DNA of 64,000 nt from Piedraia hortae CBS 480.64 (taxonomy: Eukaryota): contig MU005962.1 in the NCBI GenBank assembly GCA_010093745.1, forward strand, positions 186,001 to 250,000, read 5' to 3'. Positions 38,401-46,397 of this stretch are shown piece by piece. Made by a program: the position numbers and the translations under genes. A model generated the notes under the pieces. That model saw only the letters and a list, made by a program, of their open reading frames with translations, was not told the DNA's origin and made no database searches. Position 1 is the stretch's first letter. Every line of letters starts with the position of its first letter.

Positions 38401-39363
38401 CTGGCTCAGTGGGGCCAGCATAAGCGGAGTCAATTTTTGGAGATACGACCCGAATTTTTGCGAAGAGGATCTGGCCAAGATGCCATATAAGTGCAGGTAG
38501 TTCTTCTCGTCCTGGTTACTCACTTGAGGATTCTGCAATTTCTCTATGGTATACGACACGACATTGGCCAGCAGCTGGTCGTGAAAGTATGGAGCGAGCG
38601 CCGACAGGGCAGCCAAGGCCTTTTTCTTTACGGCCGGACTGCTCTTGACGTTCTCGAGCATGCCCATTGCAGCTTCTTGCAAGGCCTGCACCTCATCGGC
38701 CTGCAACATGGCGCCAAAGCCGCAGGTTACATCAATGAGCAGGTCTAGGCTGTTGCTGTCGGTGCCTAGTTTGACATTGTCTTTCAGCATGCCCTTCGGT
38801 GAAGGCAGCGGCGTTCCTTTCATCTTCGGAAGCACATGGTGACCGATAAGGCGTGGTACCAAGGCCTTGGAGACTGCATTGTAAGAGTCCAGCTCTCGCT
38901 GTCCCCTCCGCCCTGTCACGCCTGGCCGCTCAAGATTAGCTACGATGGTCCTTAGCCCCAGAGCAGCCACTGAATTGTCTGACGCGGCATCTTTCATGGC
39001 GATAAACGACACCTTGTCGATTATCGGGCAATACATGTTCGGGGTCACATTTCGCACGAACGCGCCCAACGCCGCGAGCGCTTCGTTCTGCACGTCCCCA
39101 TTCTTGTCAATCAGCGCTTCTAGCAGTCCTTGTAAAATCTTGGCGCACGTCACGTCTTCCCTGAGGTACAAGCTATCGGGGTTGTTCATGAGTGTCGACC
39201 TCAGATCCGCTAATGTCATGTATCGAATGTCTGGGTCCGCATTGCGCAGCTTCGACACCATTCTGGCCGCAGCCGCCGGCCCTGGTCGATTATCCTCCAT
39301 GAAGACGTTTTCAAGCTCTTGAAGCTGTTGAAGCTGTCGCTGCATGGGCTGTTGGGTGGTCAT
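35422..39363 (-). CDS. CAND1: Cullin-associated NEDD8-dissociated protein 1 (TIP120, HEAT repeats), single exon
   Basis: DPDIRYMTLADL, DKNGDVQN, acidic loop then WKVRRC, AECIGRL, MGPFKHKIDDGLEMR..AYE. Confidence 0.93.
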   Translation of the reverse strand: MTTQQPMQRQLQQLQELENVFMEDNRPGPAAAARMVSKLRNADPDIRYMTLADLRSTLMNNPDSLYLREDVTCAKILQGLLEALIDKNGDVQNEALAALGAFVRNVTPNMYCPIIDKVSFIAMKDAASDNSVAALGLRTIVANLERPGVTGRRGQRELDSYNAVSKALVPRLIGHHVLPKMKGTPLPSPKGMLKDNVKLGTDSNSLDLLIDVTCGFGAMLQADEVQALQEAAMGMLENVKSSPAVKKKALAALSALAPYFHDQLLANVVSYTIEKLQNPQVSNQDEKNYLHLYGILARSSSQKFGSYLQKLTPLMLAPLSQQKLDEQLEEENEGEEEEPEKNKAMEEVREAALTAIENCLKYCPAEMRADQDKVIQATMRFLKYEQNSMDNDEDMEDEPSDPDMDEDFEEETGFEEEEDVRWKVRRCTAKATRALVDSMEPNEEALYSIIAPALVSRFKEGEEAVRLEVLEALSAVVSKSVGSMTAPVQPLAQPSRKRRRVNDCNAALGGSASTLSENGPKGLVMVFPDIVKGATRLLKTSTDQTKTKSAFLLRDAVMAHGGGLADLMDQVIDAAVGAMVSGPTPTVQEKALRVSVMQLLKAIADTHSFDVLQPQLAKILPDLSQVVKGRNSSVSLATLETIEALAKALTPPRCTNSSSAQSLRELFKIVTEPVSANDVITDVRRKAVSVLGVFIGRTSGQSVNLLGQNERFSGQQMIADRLKKEVTRLAAVHAVDTIALLAQSKKDFKPGYMSDVALELGKHLSMASRALRGASLGALRTICLNQACCECLDDKTVSQLIKMLVPLLKSDDLHMVVPTLIILAALVHENADLVVTPTIIEGICHVVTLSNANAAADALIPCVEAIGRSGQDKELMTALLETGIKGDIDVTGQVIGTLLVTGGPKTGVVLDDFTKELQRKESPEKTCLALAVLGEAGLRMGVKSPLRPETFESSFADEQDKVKLAAAIALGRAGAGNVKEYLPKIMDALGRGSQYLLLHSVKELLLHSTVEEYIKPYAQQLWQNVISSGQADNDKVVGAECIGRLAVIEPAVYLPQMQSLLQNSQPAIRGMAISAMRYVFSDAEVSIDAHMKGAIGPMLTTMLADSDVDNQRLALTTFKSALQNKSNLVIPRLSRLLPLIMQATAIRSELVHEVMMGPFKHKIDDGLEMRTTAYETLFALIGTPVAQTKMDTSAIFHRVTDGLRDEHEIKLLSCLIINKLIDLAPDETSRQLDNFAPVFKAILSVRPKETSVKQELEKMAEQNRSVAKTSVVLQRKANSSDCPVWREYFAALRKDYPTLYKYAEHEVYEDTTV

Positions 39364-39737
39364 TGGCGGGGCACGTCAGACAAGTAAATACGTGATTGCG
39401 TCATAGAAGCCTAGCCACAAAGCCCGAGACGTTTCGATGACTCTGGGTCAGGTCAGGAGCGCGTATCATTGTGGATCGCAAAAGTGTACATCAACAAAGT
39501 CCAGCACCCTGCTACCTAGCTCATGCATCATGACCATCTTTCCAAACCTCCCGCGTCGTGACCGCAATCGATCATGCGTGCAATCCCACTTCCAAACCCT
39601 AAAGCGGCACGGCTCGACCCACCAGACGTTCCCACCACGCCAAGACTTGCATTTGAAGTCCACTACCAAGCGGCAATCCCAGCCTACCGCACAGCTCACA
39701 TCCTCGTGAAGCGACTTTTAAGCGAAAACTCACAATC

Positions 39738-40123
39738 ATGGCCCACGAATCTGTCTGGTACTCCCGTCCGCGCACCTACGGTAAGGGCGCTCGTTCCTGG
39801 TAAGTCCCTCTCATCTCTCCCGATAGGGCGATGGCGGTTGTGAGGGCTCCTCCCAGGACGAGAATGGGTGGACGGCTAGGACTACGCGAAACAGAACTCG
39901 CCTGGGAGGCAGACGTCTATGAGAATGGCGATGAAACGGAGCGCTGACGGAAATCTACAGCCGCGTATGCACCCACAAGGCCGGCTTGATCCGCAAGTAC
40001 GGCCTCAACATCTGCCGCCAGTGTTTCCGCGAGAAGAGCACGGATATCGGATTTGTCAAGGTATGTTTTTCTGCTTGCTATGGGTGGGATTGGAGGTTGA
40101 TTGGCGGTGTTTAGAACCGATAA
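39738..40123 (+). CDS. RPS29: 40S ribosomal protein S29 (uS14), 56 aa; exons 39738-39799, 39961-40060, 40115-40123
   Basis: Spliced product [56 protein letters not shown]; absent from the ORF track. Confidence 0.95.
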
Positions 40124-40284
40124 ATGTGGCATAAAGAATGATGGAGGAGAATGGCAGTGGGGATTAAAGTGCTTGTAGCAGACAAATGTACATGGGCTTT
40201 ATACCTCGTTTGCCTGATATTTTTTTTTTAATCCTGTGTGGTAGCTGAGGTGACATTATTTTTTGAGGAGGGAGAGGGGGGGAA

Positions 40285-40310
40285 GGGGGGGGGGGGGGGG
40301 GGGGGGGGGG
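40285..40310 (+). repeat. Poly-G tract (26 nt)
   Basis: Seen directly. Confidence 0.9.
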
Positions 40311-40365
40311 TGGTTTGGTGGTTGTTAGCACTTGGACAATACATCCCCAAGACTCTACAAACACG

Positions 40366-40723
40366 ATGGTAGGATACTTTATCATTGGTAGCATTCATTC
40401 TGACGGGGCAGTCGAGAGATTCAAGCTTCACGGCCATCCACTTCCATCAGGCGCACTACGCGCACGTGCTTGAAAGCCAGCCCAACGGCCAGGGGCAGCA
40501 GCGCCGCAAGAATCTCGCGGCCGAAGAGGACATTGCAGTCGCGCCACAACACAGACACAATCTTGGAGGCGAAGACGACGAGAACGAGAGTAGAGCACCG
40601 GACCCCAACTCGGTGTTTGGAATCGTGAGGCAGAGGAACAACACACCGGCATGGGGTGACTACGGCGTTGAGCGACTGATGGACGGCGGGCCGCCAAATG
40701 GGGAGCAAAGAACGGGGCATTAG
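40366..40723 (+). CDS. APC13: Anaphase-promoting complex subunit Apc13/Swm1 family; exons 40366-40368 (ATG only), 40412-40723
   Basis: ATG|GTAGGA..CTGAC..CAG gives MSRDSSFTAIHFHQA..EEDIAVAPQH..PDPNSVFGI..PAWGDYGV, the fungal Apc13 pattern. Confidence 0.75.
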
Positions 40724-40732
40724 AGATTAGAA

Positions 40733-41316
40733 CTAATCATGCGAATCCAGTTCTTCCGTATACTTTCGGTAGGCCTCAGCATCCATCAAGTCCTCCCATT
40801 CAGCTGTCGAGCTGGTCTTGATGGAAGCAATCCACCCCTCGCCCTCAGCTCCACTGTTGATGAGCGCCGGGTTGTTGTCCAACTCTTCATTGACCTCAAG
40901 AATAGTGCCTGATGCGGGCGTCATGATGTCTGACGCGGATTTGACCGATTCCACGGCAGCAATCGTATCGCCCTTGGAGACTTCGGAGCCGACCGTAGGC
41001 AGCTCCACGTAGACCACGTCACCGAGCGCCTTGGCCGCGAAATTGGTAATTCCGAAGCGGGCTGTTGCGCGTGAGCTATGCCAAGCTGTATATGGGAGAA
41101 ATCATACCGCTCTCGCTGTTCGTAGTATCGATCCATTCGTGGTCCTCGCTGTAGCGTTTCTGCCACCCTGTCTACTTAGCCCCCCGCGCCGATCACCAGC
41201 GACTTGGACATTTTACCTCTTGCGGAGGCGGTGAAGCTCCTCTGAAGCTGCACCTTTTGGGCCAAAGCCCGCGACGGCCGGGCAAAAGCTCTCATGACAA
41301 ACCGACTCTGAGCCAT
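40733..41316 (-). CDS. GCV3: Mitochondrial glycine cleavage system H protein; exons 41316-41217, 41167-41108, 41061-40733
   Basis: Arg-rich presequence, KRYSEDHEWI, FGITNFAAKALGDVVYVELP, lipoyl site VESVKSASD. Confidence 0.93.
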
Positions 41317-41424
41317 TGTTTCTGCCGGGGGGTTGTGTTCATCCCCGCAATACCCGACGCTCCGCCCGGAACAAATTCCGGTACAACACTTCGCAAACGC
41401 CCAGATCGCGATCCTGAGCCGCAG

Positions 41425-41885
41425 ATGCTGTACGAGTTGATAGGAGTCGTGAGTACCTGTACTTTTCAATGCGACTAGCTAACATGGCCAGGTTCGACCA
41501 GGACGAGGGGTCAAAGAGATCAAAGAGTAGGGCATATTACAACAGCCGGTGGCAGCGCTGACGTCGGGGAAGGATCACCAAAACTGCAGGCAGCATAGTG
41601 CTGGAAGGGGGAGGCGTGGTGCGAGGAATCAGCAACTGGGGAACATTCCTGCTGCCGAAACCGGCGCGCAAACCGGGCGCCATCTACGACCAAGGCCACT
41701 ACTTCATCCTGCGCTTCGACAGCTCAGCGCAAACACAGCATTCGGTACGTCGAACTCTGGGGCTCGACCCGCGCATGATCCGCTACAGCATAGTCAAGCT
41801 CGGGTCGACGCTTGCGCAAATTAAAGACGTCAAGGGCGTGGCCGAGTGGCCGGTCGTCATGCAGGAAAGACGGAGAGGGTTCTAG
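41425..41885 (+). CDS. MRP17: Mitochondrial ribosomal protein bS6m; exons 41425-41448, 41492-41526, 41573-41885
   Basis: MLYELIGVVRPG..KEITKTAGSIVLEGGGVVRGISNWG..LDPRMIRYSIVK after removal of two canonical introns. Confidence 0.9.
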
Positions 41886-41891
41886 ATAAGA

Positions 41892-42671
41892 CTAGATGCT
41901 TGGCATAAATAAAACTATGGCTGTAGCAGTAATTACTTTGATGCCTCCCGCTATCCATAGTATGCTGGCCAGTCCGCCCGAGCTACGCATTAGCCAGCCG
42001 CTGGCCACGGATCCAATGAAGAGCAGGACAACGGCGGCAGCTCGTCGGTTGCGTTTCACATTGTCTGATGCAAACAGCTTTGGATCGCCCATGAGGTCGC
42101 AGTACGTACTGGTGACTACGTTGATGGGCAGCTCGTTGAAGCCCAGCAGCCTCGAAGTAGCGATCTGGAAACCGCTTTGAAGAGCCAGCGGTGGAATGAG
42201 AGCCACGAGGCGAATGTTGTGCAAGACCGAATCTGTATCTGGCGTGGATCGGGATGCGTTGTGCGGCAGTTGCGGTATCAGGCCCTTGGGCGTGGCGAGG
42301 GCGGCCGAGATGATAATCAGAAGGCCCTGGATGAGAAAGAGAAAGGCAGTCCATAGCCGGTTGGCCGTGGGTCCATCGGGGCTGACGGCACGCGAGATGC
42401 GAAAGCAAACAAAGACGCCGATGAGGAAGGAGATTATGGACACGAGCGTCGTCAACCACGCATATGGATTGGACGGCAAGCCGGCAATTGAGAGGCCAAG
42501 AATGACCGTGTTGCCCGTCTGCATGCCCACAAACATACCCCAATTGCGGAAACACGCTCCGTCGATCATGCCAGTGACAAGGCACATAACGAGCAGCGGC
42601 CAGTCGCCGGCATCTTTCTTGACTCCTCCGAGCAGACGGGCGCGCGAGAACAGCGGCGTCTTGTCAGACAT
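41892..42671 (-). CDS. DUF1275 (YoaK-like) membrane protein
   Basis: GMIDG..FVGMQTGNTVILG, VVTSTYCDL, RNRRAAAV; multiple TM segments. Confidence 0.88.
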   Translation of the reverse strand: MSDKTPLFSRARLLGGVKKDAGDWPLLVMCLVTGMIDGACFRNWGMFVGMQTGNTVILGLSIAGLPSNPYAWLTTLVSIISFLIGVFVCFRISRAVSPDGPTANRLWTAFLFLIQGLLIIISAALATPKGLIPQLPHNASRSTPDTDSVLHNIRLVALIPPLALQSGFQIATSRLLGFNELPINVVTSTYCDLMGDPKLFASDNVKRNRRAAAVVLLFIGSVASGWLMRSSGGLASILWIAGGIKVITATAIVLFMPSI

Positions 42672-42910
42672 TGTGCGGAGAAGTACGGTTCAATGGGTCT
42701 TTCAAGGCTTCGCACTTGATCCGAGTTTATCCGGACGTTTTCATCTTGGCTTTCATCTTGACGTTGACAGGGCGCAGCGGCCAGAATCACGTCATCTGTG
42801 TGAAAGTCAATTCCTAGACGTCGCGCAAAAGCACACCTCAGAAAGTTGTTTGTTCTTACGTGTGATGTGATGTGTTGTGCCCAGCTTAACTTACATTACT
42901 CTATCAGCAA

Positions 42911-43780
42911 CTACCACAGCCTGTTCGCCTCCCTTTCGCTCTCCTTTCGCTTCTTTCGCATATCGATTCCTTTGCCCTTCCCTTCCGCCGTCTTTGGGTG
43001 GAAATACAGACTGGGGCCCTCGCCTTCGCTCACCAAATGGCTGAGATAGCCTCTTCTCGCCGCATCTCTGTAATATTCCAAATCCTTCCTGCTTGCCGGA
43101 TCAGGTAGTCTGTACTTGTATCTCCTCCGTTCTTCCATAATCTCGTCCGCCGCAGCTTGGGCGCCCTCTTCCGTTTCCTTCGCACTGATCAACCTGCTCT
43201 GCAGACTGTTTACAGGGTCCATGAGACCCTTCATGATCATCTTGATTGCCCACGGAGTGTAGTATCTGGTCGTGACAGCGCCTCCAGCTTTTTCTACGGC
43301 AGCAATGGCTTCAGCCGAGGCCCTCCCAACGACAATATTCACTGGTGAGCGGAGCTCCTCCTTGCCGCCCGCAAGTAACTTGACCCCATCACGCTGGATG
43401 CCGTGTATACACCTGCTCTTGACAAGTTCGCGCACCGTAATCACTTTGCTCGGATCCAGCCGACCCTTGTCGATCCAGTACTGGATCTTGTCGAGGTTGA
43501 CCTTTGAGAACTTGGATGAGAAGTGGTTGACGAACCCTCGTTCGCCATGGACGATGTGGTCTGGCGTTTGTCCTCCAGTGAAGCCTGCCGGCACCTTGCC
43601 GTGCTGTTTTTGTCCCTTGTGTCCGCGTCCAGAAGTCTTGCCTTTGCCGCTAGAGGGGCCACGCCCTACTCGCTTGGGGTGGGAGTATGAGGACTTGACG
43701 TTGGAGAGGGAGGAGAGTATCGATGCGTTTCGTTGCTGGCAAGATATGCCGAATCGCACGAGAGGGAAAATGGGGCGCAT
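42911..43780 (-). CDS. MRPL10: Mitochondrial ribosomal protein uL15m (YmL10)
   Basis: KRVGRGPSSGKGKTSGRGHKGQKQ, GGQTP, AIAAVEKAGG; ATG 43780 preferred over the upstream ORF start. Confidence 0.92.
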   Translation of the reverse strand: MRPIFPLVRFGISCQQRNASILSSLSNVKSSYSHPKRVGRGPSSGKGKTSGRGHKGQKQHGKVPAGFTGGQTPDHIVHGERGFVNHFSSKFSKVNLDKIQYWIDKGRLDPSKVITVRELVKSRCIHGIQRDGVKLLAGGKEELRSPVNIVVGRASAEAIAAVEKAGGAVTTRYYTPWAIKMIMKGLMDPVNSLQSRLISAKETEEGAQAAADEIMEERRRYKYRLPDPASRKDLEYYRDAARRGYLSHLVSEGEGPSLYFHPKTAEGKGKGIDMRKKRKESEREANRLW

Positions 43781-44091
43781 AATTGTTTGCGCCTGTCGTT
43801 TCCCAAGGCGGAGTTGAAAGCATTGCATTTTAGGGTTAGAATTGTGCTGGCAACGGCAACTGCTGCCGACTACGGATCCATCGCTACATCTCGTGGCGGT
43901 AAGCCATGGATTGGGCTGGAACGGGCAGTGCAATGCCGTTGAATAAACAAATACATAAGCCGTAGCTATCTCATCCACACGTACCACCGTTAAAATCCCC
44001 ATCTCGCTGACACACAGCCAATCTTCATATGCCAAATGCGCCCCCGCCTAAGCCTCGGGCCACGCCCTAAAGGGAAGGCACGAGGAGGCTT

Positions 44092-44110
44092 CCCCCCCCC
44101 CCCCCCCCCC
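44092..44110 (+). repeat. Poly-C tract (19 nt)
   Basis: Seen directly, 15 nt before the likely PXMP4 ATG. Confidence 0.9.
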
Positions 44111-44125
44111 ATTCACAGCAAAATT

Positions 44126-44809
44126 ATGGACAAAGTAGAGGCGACCATCCTCGACCCACGACTACACTCGCCGCTTGTCCTCGTCAAAGCCATTCGCAAT
44201 GGCCTCGTATACGGGACCAAAGTGCGCTTCCCGCACGCGCTGGTCATGACCTTTCTGTTCCGTAGTGGCAGCCTATCGTCCAAAGCCCGCGCCATATACA
44301 AAGCTACCTCCCAACACGCGTCCAATCTCGCCTGCTTCGCGTTCATCTACAAGTCTGTCATGATTGCGCTGCGAAATGCGCCGGGAAGAGCTGCCAAGGG
44401 CGGCGAGCAGTCGAGTGATGCCTTCTGGGCTGGCATGATGGGCGGCTACGCCGTGTTTGCGAGAAAAAAGAACTCGGTTAACCAGCAGATTGTCATTTAC
44501 ATCTTCGCGAGGGTCGTTCTGGCCCTCGCAAAATTGATGTTTTTGCCGCCAGAGGATAACACCCTGGTTGGCGGGAGGTATGGCGGTGGAGGAGGTAAGG
44601 GCTCTTTGCTGCTACCAAAAGTGCAGAGAGAGGCGCTGCGCAAAATTGCGTGGCCGGCTTTTGCTACCCTCAGCTGGGCCTCGGTCATGTGGCTGTTCAG
44701 ACACCATCCAGATACCCTCCAGCCTAGCTTGCGCAGCAGCATGGTCTACATCTATGATAATGCGGAGCGCTGGACAGACGTGAAGTCATTTTTGTGGCAT
44801 AATGCTTAG
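44126..44809 (+). CDS. PXMP4: Peroxisomal membrane protein 4 (Tim17 family)
   Basis: RNGLVYGTKVRFPHALVMTFLF, NQQIVIYIFARV, WASVMWLF..LQPSLRSSMVYIY. Confidence 0.9.
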   Translation: MDKVEATILDPRLHSPLVLVKAIRNGLVYGTKVRFPHALVMTFLFRSGSLSSKARAIYKATSQHASNLACFAFIYKSVMIALRNAPGRAAKGGEQSSDAFWAGMMGGYAVFARKKNSVNQQIVIYIFARVVLALAKLMFLPPEDNTLVGGRYGGGGGKGSLLLPKVQREALRKIAWPAFATLSWASVMWLFRHHPDTLQPSLRSSMVYIYDNAERWTDVKSFLWHNA

Positions 44810-45101
44810 CTTTGGCGGGGAAGGAGTTGACAGCTGTAGCTGGGGTCAGGGGTTTCCAGAGATTTGGTTTGATGGTCTTATACCCGATGTTGGGACATTA
44901 GAGGATTGGGCGGAGCCGATGTAACATACGATATAGTAGCTGCAAGATGCGTCTTTGGATGCCAGAGCAAGCGCTTCGACTACATCAATATTATGGAGCC
45001 CGACAATTAGAATAGCACTTCATCATCACAATTCGATTATGGTCGTCTACCTCTCTCTAAAGCTGTCTACAATTCAACGACACAAAGCGCAAGAAAGGTA
45101 A

Positions 45102-46397
45102 TTACAAAAGCATTGCGAAGGCAGCAAAAGCCACGGCACCGGCAGCAACCTGCTTGCCTGCCGCACCGTTAATGTTGGGCTGCGCCGACGGCTGCGAGCT
45201 GGATGACGACACGCCGGCTCCCGTAGGTCCAGCAGCGCCTGTACCAGCCGCACCACCTGCAGTGCCCGCCACACCACCGGATGCACCGCCCGCAGCAGTG
45301 GTTCCGTTCATGCCATAAGGGGCCGCACCCATGCCAGAGCCGACGGTACCGGCGGTTCCGGTAGCTGCGCCTCCAGTGGCCACAGGGCCGATGGCCTTGG
45401 TCGTACCTGCGCTCTCCGTGATTGATACGGCCACCTGAGTCTCGTGGCGCATGTCCGCGACACTAACGCTCGACGACGGCGCGACAGTGGCCGTGGATGC
45501 AACAGAAGTGCCAGACGAGCGCGTAGCCGATCCCTGAGGCTTGGAGCTAGGCGCAGAGCTGGACGTGCTGCTATCCGAGGTGGAGTTATTGCCCTGGGTG
45601 ATCTCGATGCTCTGCCAGCTGCCGCTCTTGTCGCCGTAGCGATAGGACTTGGCCGGGTTGTCGTTGGTGATGCTAGCACTGTCAACGTACATGACATACG
45701 GCTTGTCGCCAAACGTAGTGCGGCCTCCAGCCCACTGCACGGTACCCGGGGACTGGCCATCACAGCCACCACACCAGTTGCCAAGTTTCAGCTGCATGGG
45801 CGTCTGGGGGTAGTTGCTGCCACCGTTGGTGAGAGGGTCATCGTTCTTGAGAGTGCGGACGACCTGGCCGTCGATGAGCCAATTGATGCGCTCCGAGTTC
45901 CAATCAAAGCTGTACGTGTGCCACTCGTCCTGGGGGTTCGAGACGCTCTCGTACGTGGCGCGATTGTAGTCGGTGGTGTTGCCCTTGCCGAAGAAGTTCG
46001 TCTGCACCTGCTTGTTGTTGCCGCCCGTAAATTCCCAGTCAAGTTCATCCTTGGTATCGGACATGAGCACGATGCTGCTGATGATGCCCTGGCCGGGCGC
46101 GGCCTTCATGCGCACGTCTACGCGACCAAAAAGGAAATAGAAGTCCGTCGAGACGGTGGGCGCCTGCGTGGCCTTCTGGATGGAGAACTCGGCGCCATTT
46201 TGACCGTATGTCATGTCAGTGTAGGCTGCCGCGCTCCAGGACGCGTTGGCATTGGGCTTCTTGAAGTCGCTGGTGAACGACGATGCGTCAAGACCGACAT
46301 CCTCTGGGCATGTGGCCTTGAGAGGGTTGCAGCCAGACGAGGTTTGAGCCAGCGCAAGCGGCAGAGCAGCCGCCAGAACGGTCGAAATGAAGCGCAT
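45102..46397 (-). CDS. CRH1: GPI-anchored GH16 chitin-glucan transglycosylase (Crh1-like)
   Basis: Signal peptide, CNPL..CP, catalytic DELDWE, YPQTPM, WAGG, S/T-rich stalk, hydrophobic C-terminus; ACGCGT at 46603-46608 upstream. Confidence 0.9.
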   Translation of the reverse strand: MRFISTVLAAALPLALAQTSSGCNPLKATCPEDVGLDASSFTSDFKKPNANASWSAAAYTDMTYGQNGAEFSIQKATQAPTVSTDFYFLFGRVDVRMKAAPGQGIISSIVLMSDTKDELDWEFTGGNNKQVQTNFFGKGNTTDYNRATYESVSNPQDEWHTYSFDWNSERINWLIDGQVVRTLKNDDPLTNGGSNYPQTPMQLKLGNWCGGCDGQSPGTVQWAGGRTTFGDKPYVMYVDSASITNDNPAKSYRYGDKSGSWQSIEITQGNNSTSDSSTSSSAPSSKPQGSATRSSGTSVASTATVAPSSSVSVADMRHETQVAVSITESAGTTKAIGPVATGGAATGTAGTVGSGMGAAPYGMNGTTAAGGASGGVAGTAGGAAGTGAAGPTGAGVSSSSSQPSAQPNINGAAGKQVAAGAVAFAAFAMLL

